Shown here in pieces: positions 7,165 through 15,348 of a stretch of 32,000 nucleotides of DNA; positions within the stretch are counted from its first letter, which is position 1, and every line of letters starts with the position of its first letter. A program made the translations under genes and the position numbers. The DNA is taken from contig JBAZYK010000005.1 of the NCBI GenBank assembly GCA_041659405.1, positions 74,283-106,282 on the forward strand. Reading direction: 5' to 3'. The DNA comes from Candidatus Altimarinota bacterium. Its GTDB lineage: Bacteria > Patescibacteriota > Gracilibacteria > UBA1369. Below the pieces are notes generated by a model. It did not search any database. It had not been told where the DNA came from and saw only the letters and a program-made list of their open reading frames with translations.

Positions 7165-8277
7165 ATGATTCTTGGGATTGACGCATCGCGTTTTAGTCAT
7201 CCGGAAGCCACGGGCGTGGAATGGTACAGCTATCATTTGTTGAATGCTTTGTTCCCTTTGCTGGGCCGCGATCACAATGTGGAGGTTCGTCTGTATGCGC
7301 CGAAAGATTTTAAACCGCTGGAAGACCTGCCTTTTAACGTGCACAAGCGCATTATCCCCTTTCCACGATTTTGGACCGTGATTCGTCTTTCACTGGAAAT
7401 GATTTTAAGACCGGTGGATATTTTGTTTGTACCTTCGCACACTTTGCCTTTAATTGGAGCCAAAAAATCGATCATCATGATTCATGATGTGGCTTTCAAA
7501 CATTTAAAAAATTCTTATCATTGGTTTCAACATTGGCTGCTGGATCACACCACAAAAAAGGCTGTGAAAAAGGCTTATCGCATCCTGGTGCCGAGTGAAG
7601 CCACCAAAAAAGATCTGATTGAGTTTTATAAATGTAAGCCGGAAAAAATTGTGGTTATTCCGCATGGTGCTCCCGAAATTTCACCTTTGCAAATTTGGAA
7701 AACGACCGAAAAACAGGAATATTTTAAACAGTTTCATTTGGAGGATAACGATCTTTACGTTTTGTATGTGGGCAGACTTGAAAGTAAAAAAAACCTGGAG
7801 CGTTTGATTGAAGCTTTTAATCGATTCTTAAGGGAATTCCCGGATTGGAAACTGGTTTTGGCCGGCAAAAGAGGTGTTGGTTTTGAGCAAATCTGGAAAG
7901 TTGTTCAACAATTTCAACTCGAAAAAAATGTGGTTATGCCGGGGTATATCACAGAAAAAGAGAAGGCGTTTTTGTTTGACCACTGCCGAATTTTTGCTTT
8001 CCCTTCTTTATATGAAGGATTTGGTTTGCCGGTTTTGGAAGCTTTTGCGCATCGTCGACCGGTGCTGACGTCTAAAACATCGTCGCTGCCGGAAGTGGCC
8101 GGTGACGCGGCTTATCTTGTTAATCCGGAAAAGGTTGAAGAAATCAGTGTTGGCTTAAAACGGCTTGTTGCCGATGGAATTCTGGCGAGTCGCCTGATTC
8201 AAAAAGGTGACGTGCAACTGAAAAAATTCGACTGGGAAAAGTCCGCAAAAAAAACTGCGGAGGTTTTGCTTGGATAA
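7165..8277 (+). CDS. Glycosyltransferase family 4 (GT-B fold)
   Basis: MILGIDASRF is a typical GT4 N-terminus. The E-x7-E motif EGFGLPVLEAF is followed by RRPVLTSKTSSLPEVAGDAAYLVNP. The ORF-track start at 7126 is a GTG and is probably too far upstream. Confidence 0.9.
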   Translation: MILGIDASRFSHPEATGVEWYSYHLLNALFPLLGRDHNVEVRLYAPKDFKPLEDLPFNVHKRIIPFPRFWTVIRLSLEMILRPVDILFVPSHTLPLIGAKKSIIMIHDVAFKHLKNSYHWFQHWLLDHTTKKAVKKAYRILVPSEATKKDLIEFYKCKPEKIVVIPHGAPEISPLQIWKTTEKQEYFKQFHLEDNDLYVLYVGRLESKKNLERLIEAFNRFLREFPDWKLVLAGKRGVGFEQIWKVVQQFQLEKNVVMPGYITEKEKAFLFDHCRIFAFPSLYEGFGLPVLEAFAHRRPVLTSKTSSLPEVAGDAAYLVNPEKVEEISVGLKRLVADGILASRLIQKGDVQLKKFDWEKSAKKTAEVLLG

Positions 8278-8341
8278 ATTTGGGAAAGATGATTCTGGAA
8301 GCTGGACTTGGGAATTAGGATTTCGGAAATATGTGCCCTCA

Positions 8342-9043
8342 TTAATAATGAAAGCGGTAGATTTTGCCGTTTGTTACAGCCGGCTCAGTTACCTTTAATC
8401 CGATGTGGTCGCCTTTTTGGGCGAAGGGAACCGGTTCGCGGTCGATTTGAATTTCTTCCACTTTTTGAAATGACAAAAAGTTTTCGCCGGTAATTGCAAT
8501 CGTGTCGCCTTGTTTAAGCGTTCCGGAAAGCATAATGATGGCAACATTTATTTTGGAAATATATTGCGTAACTGTGCCAACGCAAACCATTTTTGGAGGG
8601 AGATTTGTTGGCTGATGCTCGGGAAAATTTGCATTTTGAGAGTATGAAAAATTTTCCTGTTTTGCAGGCTGGATTGGCTCAATCATTGGCGCATGGACTT
8701 GCCCGTAGGACGGTGCGATATAAGGTTCTAAAAAATCCGGACGATCAAAGATGGAGCTGACCGGTTTTTGATAACTGCTGCCATAAGAATTCTGCTCAAG
8801 TGAGTTTTGATTGAGTGAATTTGAAGTCCGGACTTTGCGCGCTCTTCTAGTTCTAGCTAAGCCAGTTCTGTTAACTGTTTTAGTTTTGATTGGAGCAAGC
8901 GCCCTTTTTGAATTATGTTTTAGGCCGGCCTCTTTGCGATCGAGAGCGGTTAAAATAAGCCTTTGTTTAACTTGCGAAACAATCGCCTTATTGCGCATGA
9001 ATGCGGGAATTTTTAATCGGTCTGGATCGTTTTTATTTTGCAT
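8342..9043 (-). CDS. Hypothetical protein: N-terminal FtsZ-C-terminal-peptide-like motif, disordered middle, C-terminal EF-Tu-domain-2-like beta-barrel
   Basis: 233-codon ORF. Residues 7-19 (PDRLKIPAFMRNK) resemble the conserved FtsZ tail (D-IPxFLR-K/N). The C-terminus VGTVTQYISKINVAIIMLSGTLKQGDTIAITGE...QIDREPVPFAQKGDHIGLKV matches the pattern of translation-factor domain II barrels. Confidence 0.7.
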   Translation of the reverse strand: MQNKNDPDRLKIPAFMRNKAIVSQVKQRLILTALDRKEAGLKHNSKRALAPIKTKTVNRTGLARTRRARKVRTSNSLNQNSLEQNSYGSSYQKPVSSIFDRPDFLEPYIAPSYGQVHAPMIEPIQPAKQENFSYSQNANFPEHQPTNLPPKMVCVGTVTQYISKINVAIIMLSGTLKQGDTIAITGENFLSFQKVEEIQIDREPVPFAQKGDHIGLKVTEPAVTNGKIYRFHY

Positions 9044-9187
9044 AAAAAATTAACGAGGGATTTTTCAGCGAATTGTTCTGGTTTGATTATAGGCGCACTT
9101 GTTTTTATGATCAAGATCCTAAAAATGCACCATTTGTTCTGCGCGCCGGAACGTTGTATCCTGTAATCAGCATTTTATTTTGAGTCC

Positions 9188-11047
9188 ATGGACAATCAAA
9201 AAATCGCACAAATTTTTCAGGAGATTGGTGATATTCTTGATATTCAGGGCGAAAATCGATTCAGAGTTTTGGCTTACAATAAAGCTGCGCAGGAAATTGC
9301 CAACTGGCCAAGAGAAATGTCCGATGTTTTAAATGAAAATCCCAAAAAACTGGAAGAAATTCCGGGAATCGGCAAAGATCTGGCGCTAAAAATTGTGGAA
9401 ATGTTAAAAACCGGAAAGTGCCAATATCATGAAGATTTATTGAAAAAATTTGATAAAGGTCTGCTGCAGATTTTGCGTTTGCGGGGTGTCGGTCCCAAAA
9501 AAGTTAAACTTTTTTATTCGTCTCTCCAAATTAATAATATTGAAAAATTGCGCGCGGCGGCAACGGCGGGAATGCTGCGCGATCTTCCGGGAATGGGCGA
9601 AAAAAGCGAACAGGAAATTTTAAAAAGTCTGGAAGAATACGACAAGCACACGGACAGAATGTTGCTTTCTGATGCGATGCACCAGGTTGAGAAAATTATT
9701 GCCTATTTAAAAAAATGTCCGCTGGTGAAGCGAGTTGAGTATGCGGGAAGTTTGCGCAGACGGAAGGAAACAATTGGCGATCTGGATATTTTGGTGGCGA
9801 CAAAAAATCCCGCTAAAGATGCGGAAAAAATCATGGATTATTTTGTGAAATATCCGGAGATGGATAAAGTCATTGGCAAAGGCGAAACCAAGACTTCAAT
9901 TATTTTAAAATCAGGGGTGCAATCCGATTTGCGTGTGCTGGATGAGAAAATTTTTGGAGCGGCGTTGCATTATTTTACAGGATCAAAAGATCACAATATT
10001 GTAATTCGCGATAAGGCAAAAAAAATGGGGCTTAAAATCAGTGAATATGGCGTTTTTAGGTTAGAAAAAGCGCGCGGAGGAAAAGAGCCGCGTGAAATTT
10101 TGATTGGCGGAAAAACGGAAGAAGAAATTTTTAAAGCTGTTGGTCTTCCGTATATAGAGCCGGAAATGCGTGAAAATCGTGGAGAATTCCAGGCTGCGGA
10201 AAAAGGGAAACTCCCAAAATTAATTCGCTATGAAGATTTGCGCGGAGATCTGCACGTACACAGCAAATGGAGTGATGGGGCGTGTTCAATCGAGGAAATT
10301 GCGCGGGCTTATCGTGATGCCGGTTTTGAGTATATCGCGCTGACTGATCATTCCCCTGCCGTGACGGTTGCGCATGGACTGAGCGCGGATAGATTTGAAT
10401 TGCAGTGGGATGAAATTGATGCGATCAATAAAGATTTGGCTAAGGAGGCCGCGGAGTGGGCAAACAATGGAGGTAAAAAGAATACGCTACAGCAAAATAA
10501 CGATGGTAAAGCGTCGTCGGACAAGCCGCCGCTGCCGTTCACTATTTTAAAAGGCGTGGAATGTGACATTAAACCGGATGGAACGATGGATCTGCCGAAC
10601 AGCGTTTTGAAGCATTTTGATGTGGTGGTGGCCTCGATTCATTCGCGTTTTAATATGAGTCTAAAAGAGCAGACCGAACGCGTTTTAAAGGCTTTTAAAA
10701 ATCCTTATGTCACGATTTTTGGACATCCGAGTGGAAGATTAATAAATCAGCGCGAACCTTATGAAATCGATATGGAAGCGGTAATTAACGCGGCCGTGGA
10801 ACACGATATTTGTCTGGAAATTGACGGCCAGCCCGATCGCCTGGATCTGTTTGATTTTTACTGCAAAATGGCCAAAGAAAAAGGCGCAAAATTCACCGTG
10901 GATTCCGATTCGCACCATACCAATCAAATGACTTACTTAAATTTTGCCCTTGCTGTTGCCAAACGCGGCTGGCTGGAAAAAAGCGATGTGATGAACACAA
11001 TGGGCCTGAAAGATTTGAAAAAGTTTTTAATAAAGCGTAAGGGGTGA
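9188..11047 (+). CDS. polX: Family X DNA polymerase with C-terminal PHP domain (PolX)
   Basis: The N-terminus has an 8-kDa/HhH region (FQEIGDILDIQGENRFRVLAYNKAA, IPGIGKDLALKI, LRGVGPKKV). The pol-beta nucleotidyltransferase core is GSLRRRKETIGDLDILV. PHP motifs are DLHVHSKWSDG, LTDHS, ECDI and DSDSHH. The gene ends with TGA at 11045-11047. Confidence 0.92.
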   Translation: MDNQKIAQIFQEIGDILDIQGENRFRVLAYNKAAQEIANWPREMSDVLNENPKKLEEIPGIGKDLALKIVEMLKTGKCQYHEDLLKKFDKGLLQILRLRGVGPKKVKLFYSSLQINNIEKLRAAATAGMLRDLPGMGEKSEQEILKSLEEYDKHTDRMLLSDAMHQVEKIIAYLKKCPLVKRVEYAGSLRRRKETIGDLDILVATKNPAKDAEKIMDYFVKYPEMDKVIGKGETKTSIILKSGVQSDLRVLDEKIFGAALHYFTGSKDHNIVIRDKAKKMGLKISEYGVFRLEKARGGKEPREILIGGKTEEEIFKAVGLPYIEPEMRENRGEFQAAEKGKLPKLIRYEDLRGDLHVHSKWSDGACSIEEIARAYRDAGFEYIALTDHSPAVTVAHGLSADRFELQWDEIDAINKDLAKEAAEWANNGGKKNTLQQNNDGKASSDKPPLPFTILKGVECDIKPDGTMDLPNSVLKHFDVVVASIHSRFNMSLKEQTERVLKAFKNPYVTIFGHPSGRLINQREPYEIDMEAVINAAVEHDICLEIDGQPDRLDLFDFYCKMAKEKGAKFTVDSDSHHTNQMTYLNFALAVAKRGWLEKSDVMNTMGLKDLKKFLIKRKG

Positions 11048-11084
11048 GTGACACTCACCTATGAAAACCCCTGAAACATTCAAC

Positions 11085-11114
11085 TTGCATTATTAACTGT
11101 ATGCGCGTTAGAAT
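11085..11114 (+). promoter_or_regulatory. Sigma-70-like promoter candidate for the type I R-M operon
   Basis: TTGCAT at 11085-11090, an 18-nt spacer, and TAGAAT at 11109-11114. It lies about 27 nt upstream of the ATG at 11141. Confidence 0.35.
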
Positions 11115-11140
11115 GAGACAGTTTTTTAATTTTGAAAAAA

Positions 11141-12829
11141 ATGCGCCAAGAGATTCAAGAAAAACTCAAAAACATGCCTAATTTGCTTTCTATAGGCCAA
11201 GTTTCGGAGATTTTTGCAATCCATCCGGACACGCTTAGGAATTGGGAGAAAGAAGGCATTCTCGTGCCGTTGCGTTTCGGGCCACGCAAAGATCGCAAAT
11301 ACCGACCACAAGATATTGAAGCAATTGTGGATAAGGTCGGCAGCCAACTGACTCTTCCTCAACTCGAAAGATTTTTGTGGAAAAGTGCGGATATTCTTCG
11401 CGGAAAGATCGACAGTTCAGATTATAAAAAATATATTTTTGGGTTACTTTTTTACAAACGCATCAGTGATGTTTGGGATGAGGAACATGAAAAAGTAATG
11501 AGCGAGTTCAATGATGAAAATCTTGCTAAAGCCGATTACAATCACCGTTTTCAGGTTACGGAAGACTGTAAATGGTCGGTCATAACGCAGCAGGCTGAAA
11601 ATATTGGACCAAAACTTAATGAAATTTTTGATAAGCTTACAAATGCCAACAGCCCAAAGCTTGATAAGATTTTTGATGATCTGGATTTTGCCAATAAGGA
11701 CAAATTCCCGAATGAAACACTTCAAAAGCTGATCAACCATTTTTCGCAGTATAGCTTTGCCAGCAATTATATCAGTTCGGATTTGCTTGGTGATGCTTAT
11801 GAATATTTGATCAAACAATTTGCGGCCGATGCCGGCAAAAAAGGTGGTGAATTTTACACCCCGCGTGAAGTTGAACGCGTTATTATCGAGATCCTCAAGC
11901 CAAAAGAAAAAGATCATATTTATGACCCAACAGTTGGCTCCGGCGGTTTTTTGTTGGAGTCTTATCATTATCTTAAAGCAAAGGCTGGCGAAAAAATTGC
12001 TAATACACTTTATCTTTATGGGCAGGAAGCCAATCTTGGAACCTTTGCTATTTCCAAAATCAACATGTTCTTACACGGCCTTGATAGTGCCGATATTCGT
12101 CGAGGTGATACTTTAGCCAATCCTCAATTTTTAGATGACCTTGGGGCTTTGCAAAAGTTTGATATCGTAGTGGCAAACCCGCCGTATTCAATTAAAGAAT
12201 GGGCAACGGATTTTTTTAGAACTAATAAGTTTGGTCGGCTTCAGGGCTACGATATGCCACCTGAAAAGAATGCCGATTATGCATTTATTCTGCATATTTT
12301 GAAATCACTTAAATCAAATGGTCGTGCGGGCGTTGTGCTTCCTCATGGTGTACTTTTTCGTGGTGGCAGTGAAGGAAGAATCCGCGAACAGATCATCAAA
12401 AACGATTTACTGGAATGTGTTATTTCCATGCCTGCAAAACTTTTTTATGGTGTTGGAATTCCGGTTGCAATTTTAATTTTTAATCCCAGTAAACCGGACC
12501 ACAAAAAGAATAAGATTATGTTTATCGAAGCCGAAAAAGATTATCTGGAAGGCAAAAATCAGAATTCACTGCGCAAACAGGATATTGATAAAATCGTTGG
12601 TACTTATGATTCCTGGAAAGACGTTGAAAAAATCGCCCGAATTGTGGATCTGAAAGAAATTGAAGGAAATGAATTCAACCTCAACGTTCGCCGTTACATT
12701 GATACGAGCGTGGAAGAAGAAAAGATCGATGTGGCTGCCGTTTGGCAGGAATTGCAAACCCTTGAACAAGACCGCGAAAAAATTGACCAGCAGGTGGCGA
12801 GTTATCTTAAAGAACTTAAATATTTTTAA
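11141..12829 (+). CDS. hsdM: Type I restriction-modification methyltransferase subunit HsdM with an N-terminal MerR/excisionase-type HTH extension
   Basis: Methyltransferase motif I is YDPTVGSGGFLL and motif IV is VANPPYS. The HsdM N-terminal domain is LWKSADILRGKIDSSDYKKYIFGLLFYKRISD and the C-terminus is EFNLNVRRYID. The first roughly 65 aa (LSIGQVSEIFAIHPDTLRNWEKEGILVPLR...KYRPQDIEAI) match the MerR-type HTH pattern. The start is ambiguous: TTG at 11132, ATG at 11141, or ATG at 11174. Confidence 0.93.
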   Translation: MRQEIQEKLKNMPNLLSIGQVSEIFAIHPDTLRNWEKEGILVPLRFGPRKDRKYRPQDIEAIVDKVGSQLTLPQLERFLWKSADILRGKIDSSDYKKYIFGLLFYKRISDVWDEEHEKVMSEFNDENLAKADYNHRFQVTEDCKWSVITQQAENIGPKLNEIFDKLTNANSPKLDKIFDDLDFANKDKFPNETLQKLINHFSQYSFASNYISSDLLGDAYEYLIKQFAADAGKKGGEFYTPREVERVIIEILKPKEKDHIYDPTVGSGGFLLESYHYLKAKAGEKIANTLYLYGQEANLGTFAISKINMFLHGLDSADIRRGDTLANPQFLDDLGALQKFDIVVANPPYSIKEWATDFFRTNKFGRLQGYDMPPEKNADYAFILHILKSLKSNGRAGVVLPHGVLFRGGSEGRIREQIIKNDLLECVISMPAKLFYGVGIPVAILIFNPSKPDHKKNKIMFIEAEKDYLEGKNQNSLRKQDIDKIVGTYDSWKDVEKIARIVDLKEIEGNEFNLNVRRYIDTSVEEEKIDVAAVWQELQTLEQDREKIDQQVASYLKELKYF

Positions 12830-13456
12830 ATGGCTTATATATTTTTAGATGAAAGTGGAGATCTTGGATTTGGGAAAAAATCATCAAAGTTTTTTGTTAT
12901 AACATTTCTTTTTGTTGAAAATAAAAGAGTTATCGAGAAGGTTGTTTCAAAAACTCATGCAGAACTTAAAAAAATACATCGAACAAAAAGTGGGATACTG
13001 CATTGCTTCCACGAAAAACCGATTACTCGTCAAAGACTTTTAGCAAGAATAGCTCAAAAGAACTGTATGATTATGACTATTTACCTTGAAAAAGAGAAAG
13101 TTTATACAAAATTACCTGATGAAAAAATTGTTCTTTATAATTATGTAGCAAACATCCTCCTTGATCGTATTTTTAGCAAAAAGCTTCATGGTGATCATAA
13201 AGTCATTTTGATAGCTTCCAGAAAAGAAACTAACAAATTTTTAAATGAAAATTTCAAAAATTATCTTTCAAGTCAGATAAAAAATAATCATCAGATTGAT
13301 CTGCAAATAGAAATCAAGACGCCACATGATGAAAAAGCACTGCAAGCTGTCGATTTTATCAGCTGGTCAATTTATAGAAAATACGAATATAAAGATCACA
13401 ATTATTACGATCTTTTTAAAGAAAAAATCGTGGAAGAAAACCCACTGTATAAATAA
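12830..13456 (+). CDS. DUF3800-like protein
   Basis: The N-terminus YIFLDESGDLG and the C-terminal LQAVDFISWSIYRKY match my memory of the DUF3800 signature (DESG ... LQ-x-x-D). The ATG abuts the hsdM stop (TAAATG at 12827-12832), which suggests translational coupling. Confidence 0.7.
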   Translation: MAYIFLDESGDLGFGKKSSKFFVITFLFVENKRVIEKVVSKTHAELKKIHRTKSGILHCFHEKPITRQRLLARIAQKNCMIMTIYLEKEKVYTKLPDEKIVLYNYVANILLDRIFSKKLHGDHKVILIASRKETNKFLNENFKNYLSSQIKNNHQIDLQIEIKTPHDEKALQAVDFISWSIYRKYEYKDHNYYDLFKEKIVEENPLYK

Positions 13457-13592
13457 CAAAACCCCTTATGCTATTTACGAGCAACCATTCCGGAAGCCCA
13501 CATAAGAGGAATTACTTGTTCTGGTAATAGTATAGCGTGGACTATACCTTGCGGTCAATATCTATAACATTATGAAATTATATAAATAAATT

Positions 13593-13757
13593 ATGGATAC
13601 CAATTTAATGCTAATATCTCACAATAAAAAATTTGACGAAATAAAAGTTAAATCAGCCTTTACATTGGGTAGACAAGATGTTGTGGATCATCTTGCTGAT
13701 ATCAGCAAAGTGATCGTGGGGTGGGTACAATTTGTACCTATCCTTGACGCAAAATGA
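13593..13757 (+). CDS. Possible 54-codon small ORF in the intra-operon gap (doubtful)
   Basis: It runs from ATG at 13593 to TGA at 13755-13757 and encodes MDTNLMLISHNKKFDEIKVKSAFTLGRQDVVDHLADISKVIVGWVQFVPILDAK. It falls below the ORF-track length cut-off. No RBS or recognisable motif is present, so it may be noncoding or a gene remnant. Confidence 0.15.
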   Translation: MDTNLMLISHNKKFDEIKVKSAFTLGRQDVVDHLADISKVIVGWVQFVPILDAK

Positions 13758-13775
13758 GATGTAAATATGGGCTAG

Positions 13776-14228
13776 ATGGTATTATTTGAATCAATTATGG
13801 AATTTAAAAAATTTAAACCTATGAGTATCTACGATGCCGCCAAGGATGCCGCTAAAATCCTACAGGAAGCAGGAAAAATCAATGAATATCAAAAAATTCT
13901 TGATTTGATCGATGATTCATTAAACAAAAGGCATAAGATTGATGAGCTCGAAATGGAAAATCGTGAACTCAAAGAAAAGTTGAAGACCAAAGATGCTTAT
14001 AGCTTCAAAAATAACGCTTATTGGCATAAAGAAACTGGCGATGGCCCTTTTTGTTCAAGATGTTTTGATAAGCATAAGGATTTGATTAGGATTATTCCTG
14101 ATTCTAACAACAGCAGTTGGGCCAAATGCCCTGAATGTAAAAATAGCGTTAATTACACGGGAAAAGAGGTGAAGCCACGAAGTTACAATGTCTCTGGCGA
14201 ACATTTTGATCGATTTTCAGCTATTTAA
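13776..14228 (+). CDS. Hypothetical coiled-coil protein with C-terminal CxxC...CxxC zinc ribbon
   Basis: 150-codon ORF, with an alternative ATG at 13797. A heptad-like charged helix is present (KIDELEMENRELKEKLK), followed by CSRCFDKHKDLIRIIPDSNNSSWAKCPECK. It is the first gene after the 319-nt gap inside the R-M operon. Confidence 0.65.
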   Translation: MVLFESIMEFKKFKPMSIYDAAKDAAKILQEAGKINEYQKILDLIDDSLNKRHKIDELEMENRELKEKLKTKDAYSFKNNAYWHKETGDGPFCSRCFDKHKDLIRIIPDSNNSSWAKCPECKNSVNYTGKEVKPRSYNVSGEHFDRFSAI

Positions 14229-14236
14229 ATTTGTTT

Positions 14237-14911
14237 ATGACAAAAACACCCACACCAAGAAAAACAAGAGATGAATGGCTCAACTTCTGTCAAAGCTATC
14301 TATCATTGGCATTACTTGCCTGCGATGAAATGCTTGCGAAAAAGTATACAGTTAAATTGATGGATGTGGACATTCCAGCATACAGTGTTCCTTCTTTGTT
14401 TTTACCAACTATATATAACATCAAACATGGGCTGGAGGTCTTTCTTAAGACATTAAGAATTATCCTTAACGCCCAGTCTAACCCTAAAGAAGGCAAACAT
14501 AGTAATCTGGAAATTTTTACATTATTAAAAAAAGAAATTGATTCTAAACAAATTCAAAGAGTTATTGAATCAGAATGTAAAAAGAAACCGGATGATACAA
14601 ATCTTAAACTCTTACTGAAAGATCTCGCAAATCTAAGCACTTATGTTGATAAAATAGAAAGCTTAGTCATCAAATATGAACACTGTGAAATAATTAAAAA
14701 CAAAATCCAGACCGATTTTACGATTATTGATGAGGACAACACAGCTTTTCGCTATCCACAAAATAGCCTTCAAATAAAATTAGACTATCATAAAATTTTA
14801 ACAAAAATAACTCCTGAAGATATCCAGGAAATACGGACCGATGCCGAAGCACTTGTAATCAATCTTAACAGTTTAGGGTTCATATTGGATGTTTATAGTC
14901 AGTATAAATAA
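14237..14911 (+). CDS. Hypothetical all-helical protein, possibly HEPN-like
   Basis: The ATG at 14237 is preferred over the TTG at 14231. Three segments occur in the order expected for classical HEPN helices ending in an aRYP motif: IKHGLEVFLKTLRII, KHSNLEIFTLLKKEI and NTAFRYPQN. There is no canonical Rx4-6H. This is a weak call based on memory. Confidence 0.55.
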   Translation: MTKTPTPRKTRDEWLNFCQSYLSLALLACDEMLAKKYTVKLMDVDIPAYSVPSLFLPTIYNIKHGLEVFLKTLRIILNAQSNPKEGKHSNLEIFTLLKKEIDSKQIQRVIESECKKKPDDTNLKLLLKDLANLSTYVDKIESLVIKYEHCEIIKNKIQTDFTIIDEDNTAFRYPQNSLQIKLDYHKILTKITPEDIQEIRTDAEALVINLNSLGFILDVYSQYK

Positions 14912-14924
14912 TATCTTAAAAATC

Positions 14925-15335
14925 ATGCTTACACCGTTAAAAATCACACGAGATAAAGGCGTTGATCTGAAAAGGTTAAATAAGCTTAGAAGGCAAGGCT
15001 TAATTAAAATTTATGATGTAAAAATTGAAAATGAAACATCTAAGGTACCTGATAAGATCTTGCCTGTCGGAGTTTGGGGACATACAAAATGGGACGAGTG
15101 TATATGGGGGGATGAGAAGGATAATACCTTTGATAAGACTCTTGAAATTATTGGAAAAGAAAACATCAAGGATGCTATACATTTAGAAGCACATATCCGT
15201 AATAAATTTGACTATTTTGTTACGAATAATCCAAACGATTTTATTAAAAATGGAAAAAGAGAAAAACTAGAGTTGGAATTTCCTATTTTAAAGATTTTAA
15301 CAATAGAGGAATTGGAAAAAATATGTCAGAAATAA
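14925..15335 (+). CDS. Hypothetical protein with PIN-like C-terminal signature
   Basis: The ATG at 14925 is chosen because the ATG at 14889 would overlap the previous gene by 23 nt. DAIHLEAHIRNKFDYFVTNNPNDFI resembles the D-x-x-H/I-x-A...FvT-x-D-x-x-F end of PIN/VapC-type nucleases. The N-terminal acidic PIN residues are not evident. Confidence 0.55.
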   Translation: MLTPLKITRDKGVDLKRLNKLRRQGLIKIYDVKIENETSKVPDKILPVGVWGHTKWDECIWGDEKDNTFDKTLEIIGKENIKDAIHLEAHIRNKFDYFVTNNPNDFIKNGKREKLELEFPILKILTIEELEKICQK

Positions 15336-15348
15336 TTTTAAGAAACTT

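Noticed and set aside
11043-11059. The palindrome GGTGAGTG-A-CACTCACC overlapping the polX stop codon, read as a terminator.
   Set aside because: A single-nucleotide centre leaves no viable loop without sacrificing pairs, and no T-tract follows. It might be a protein-binding palindrome, but there is no supporting evidence.
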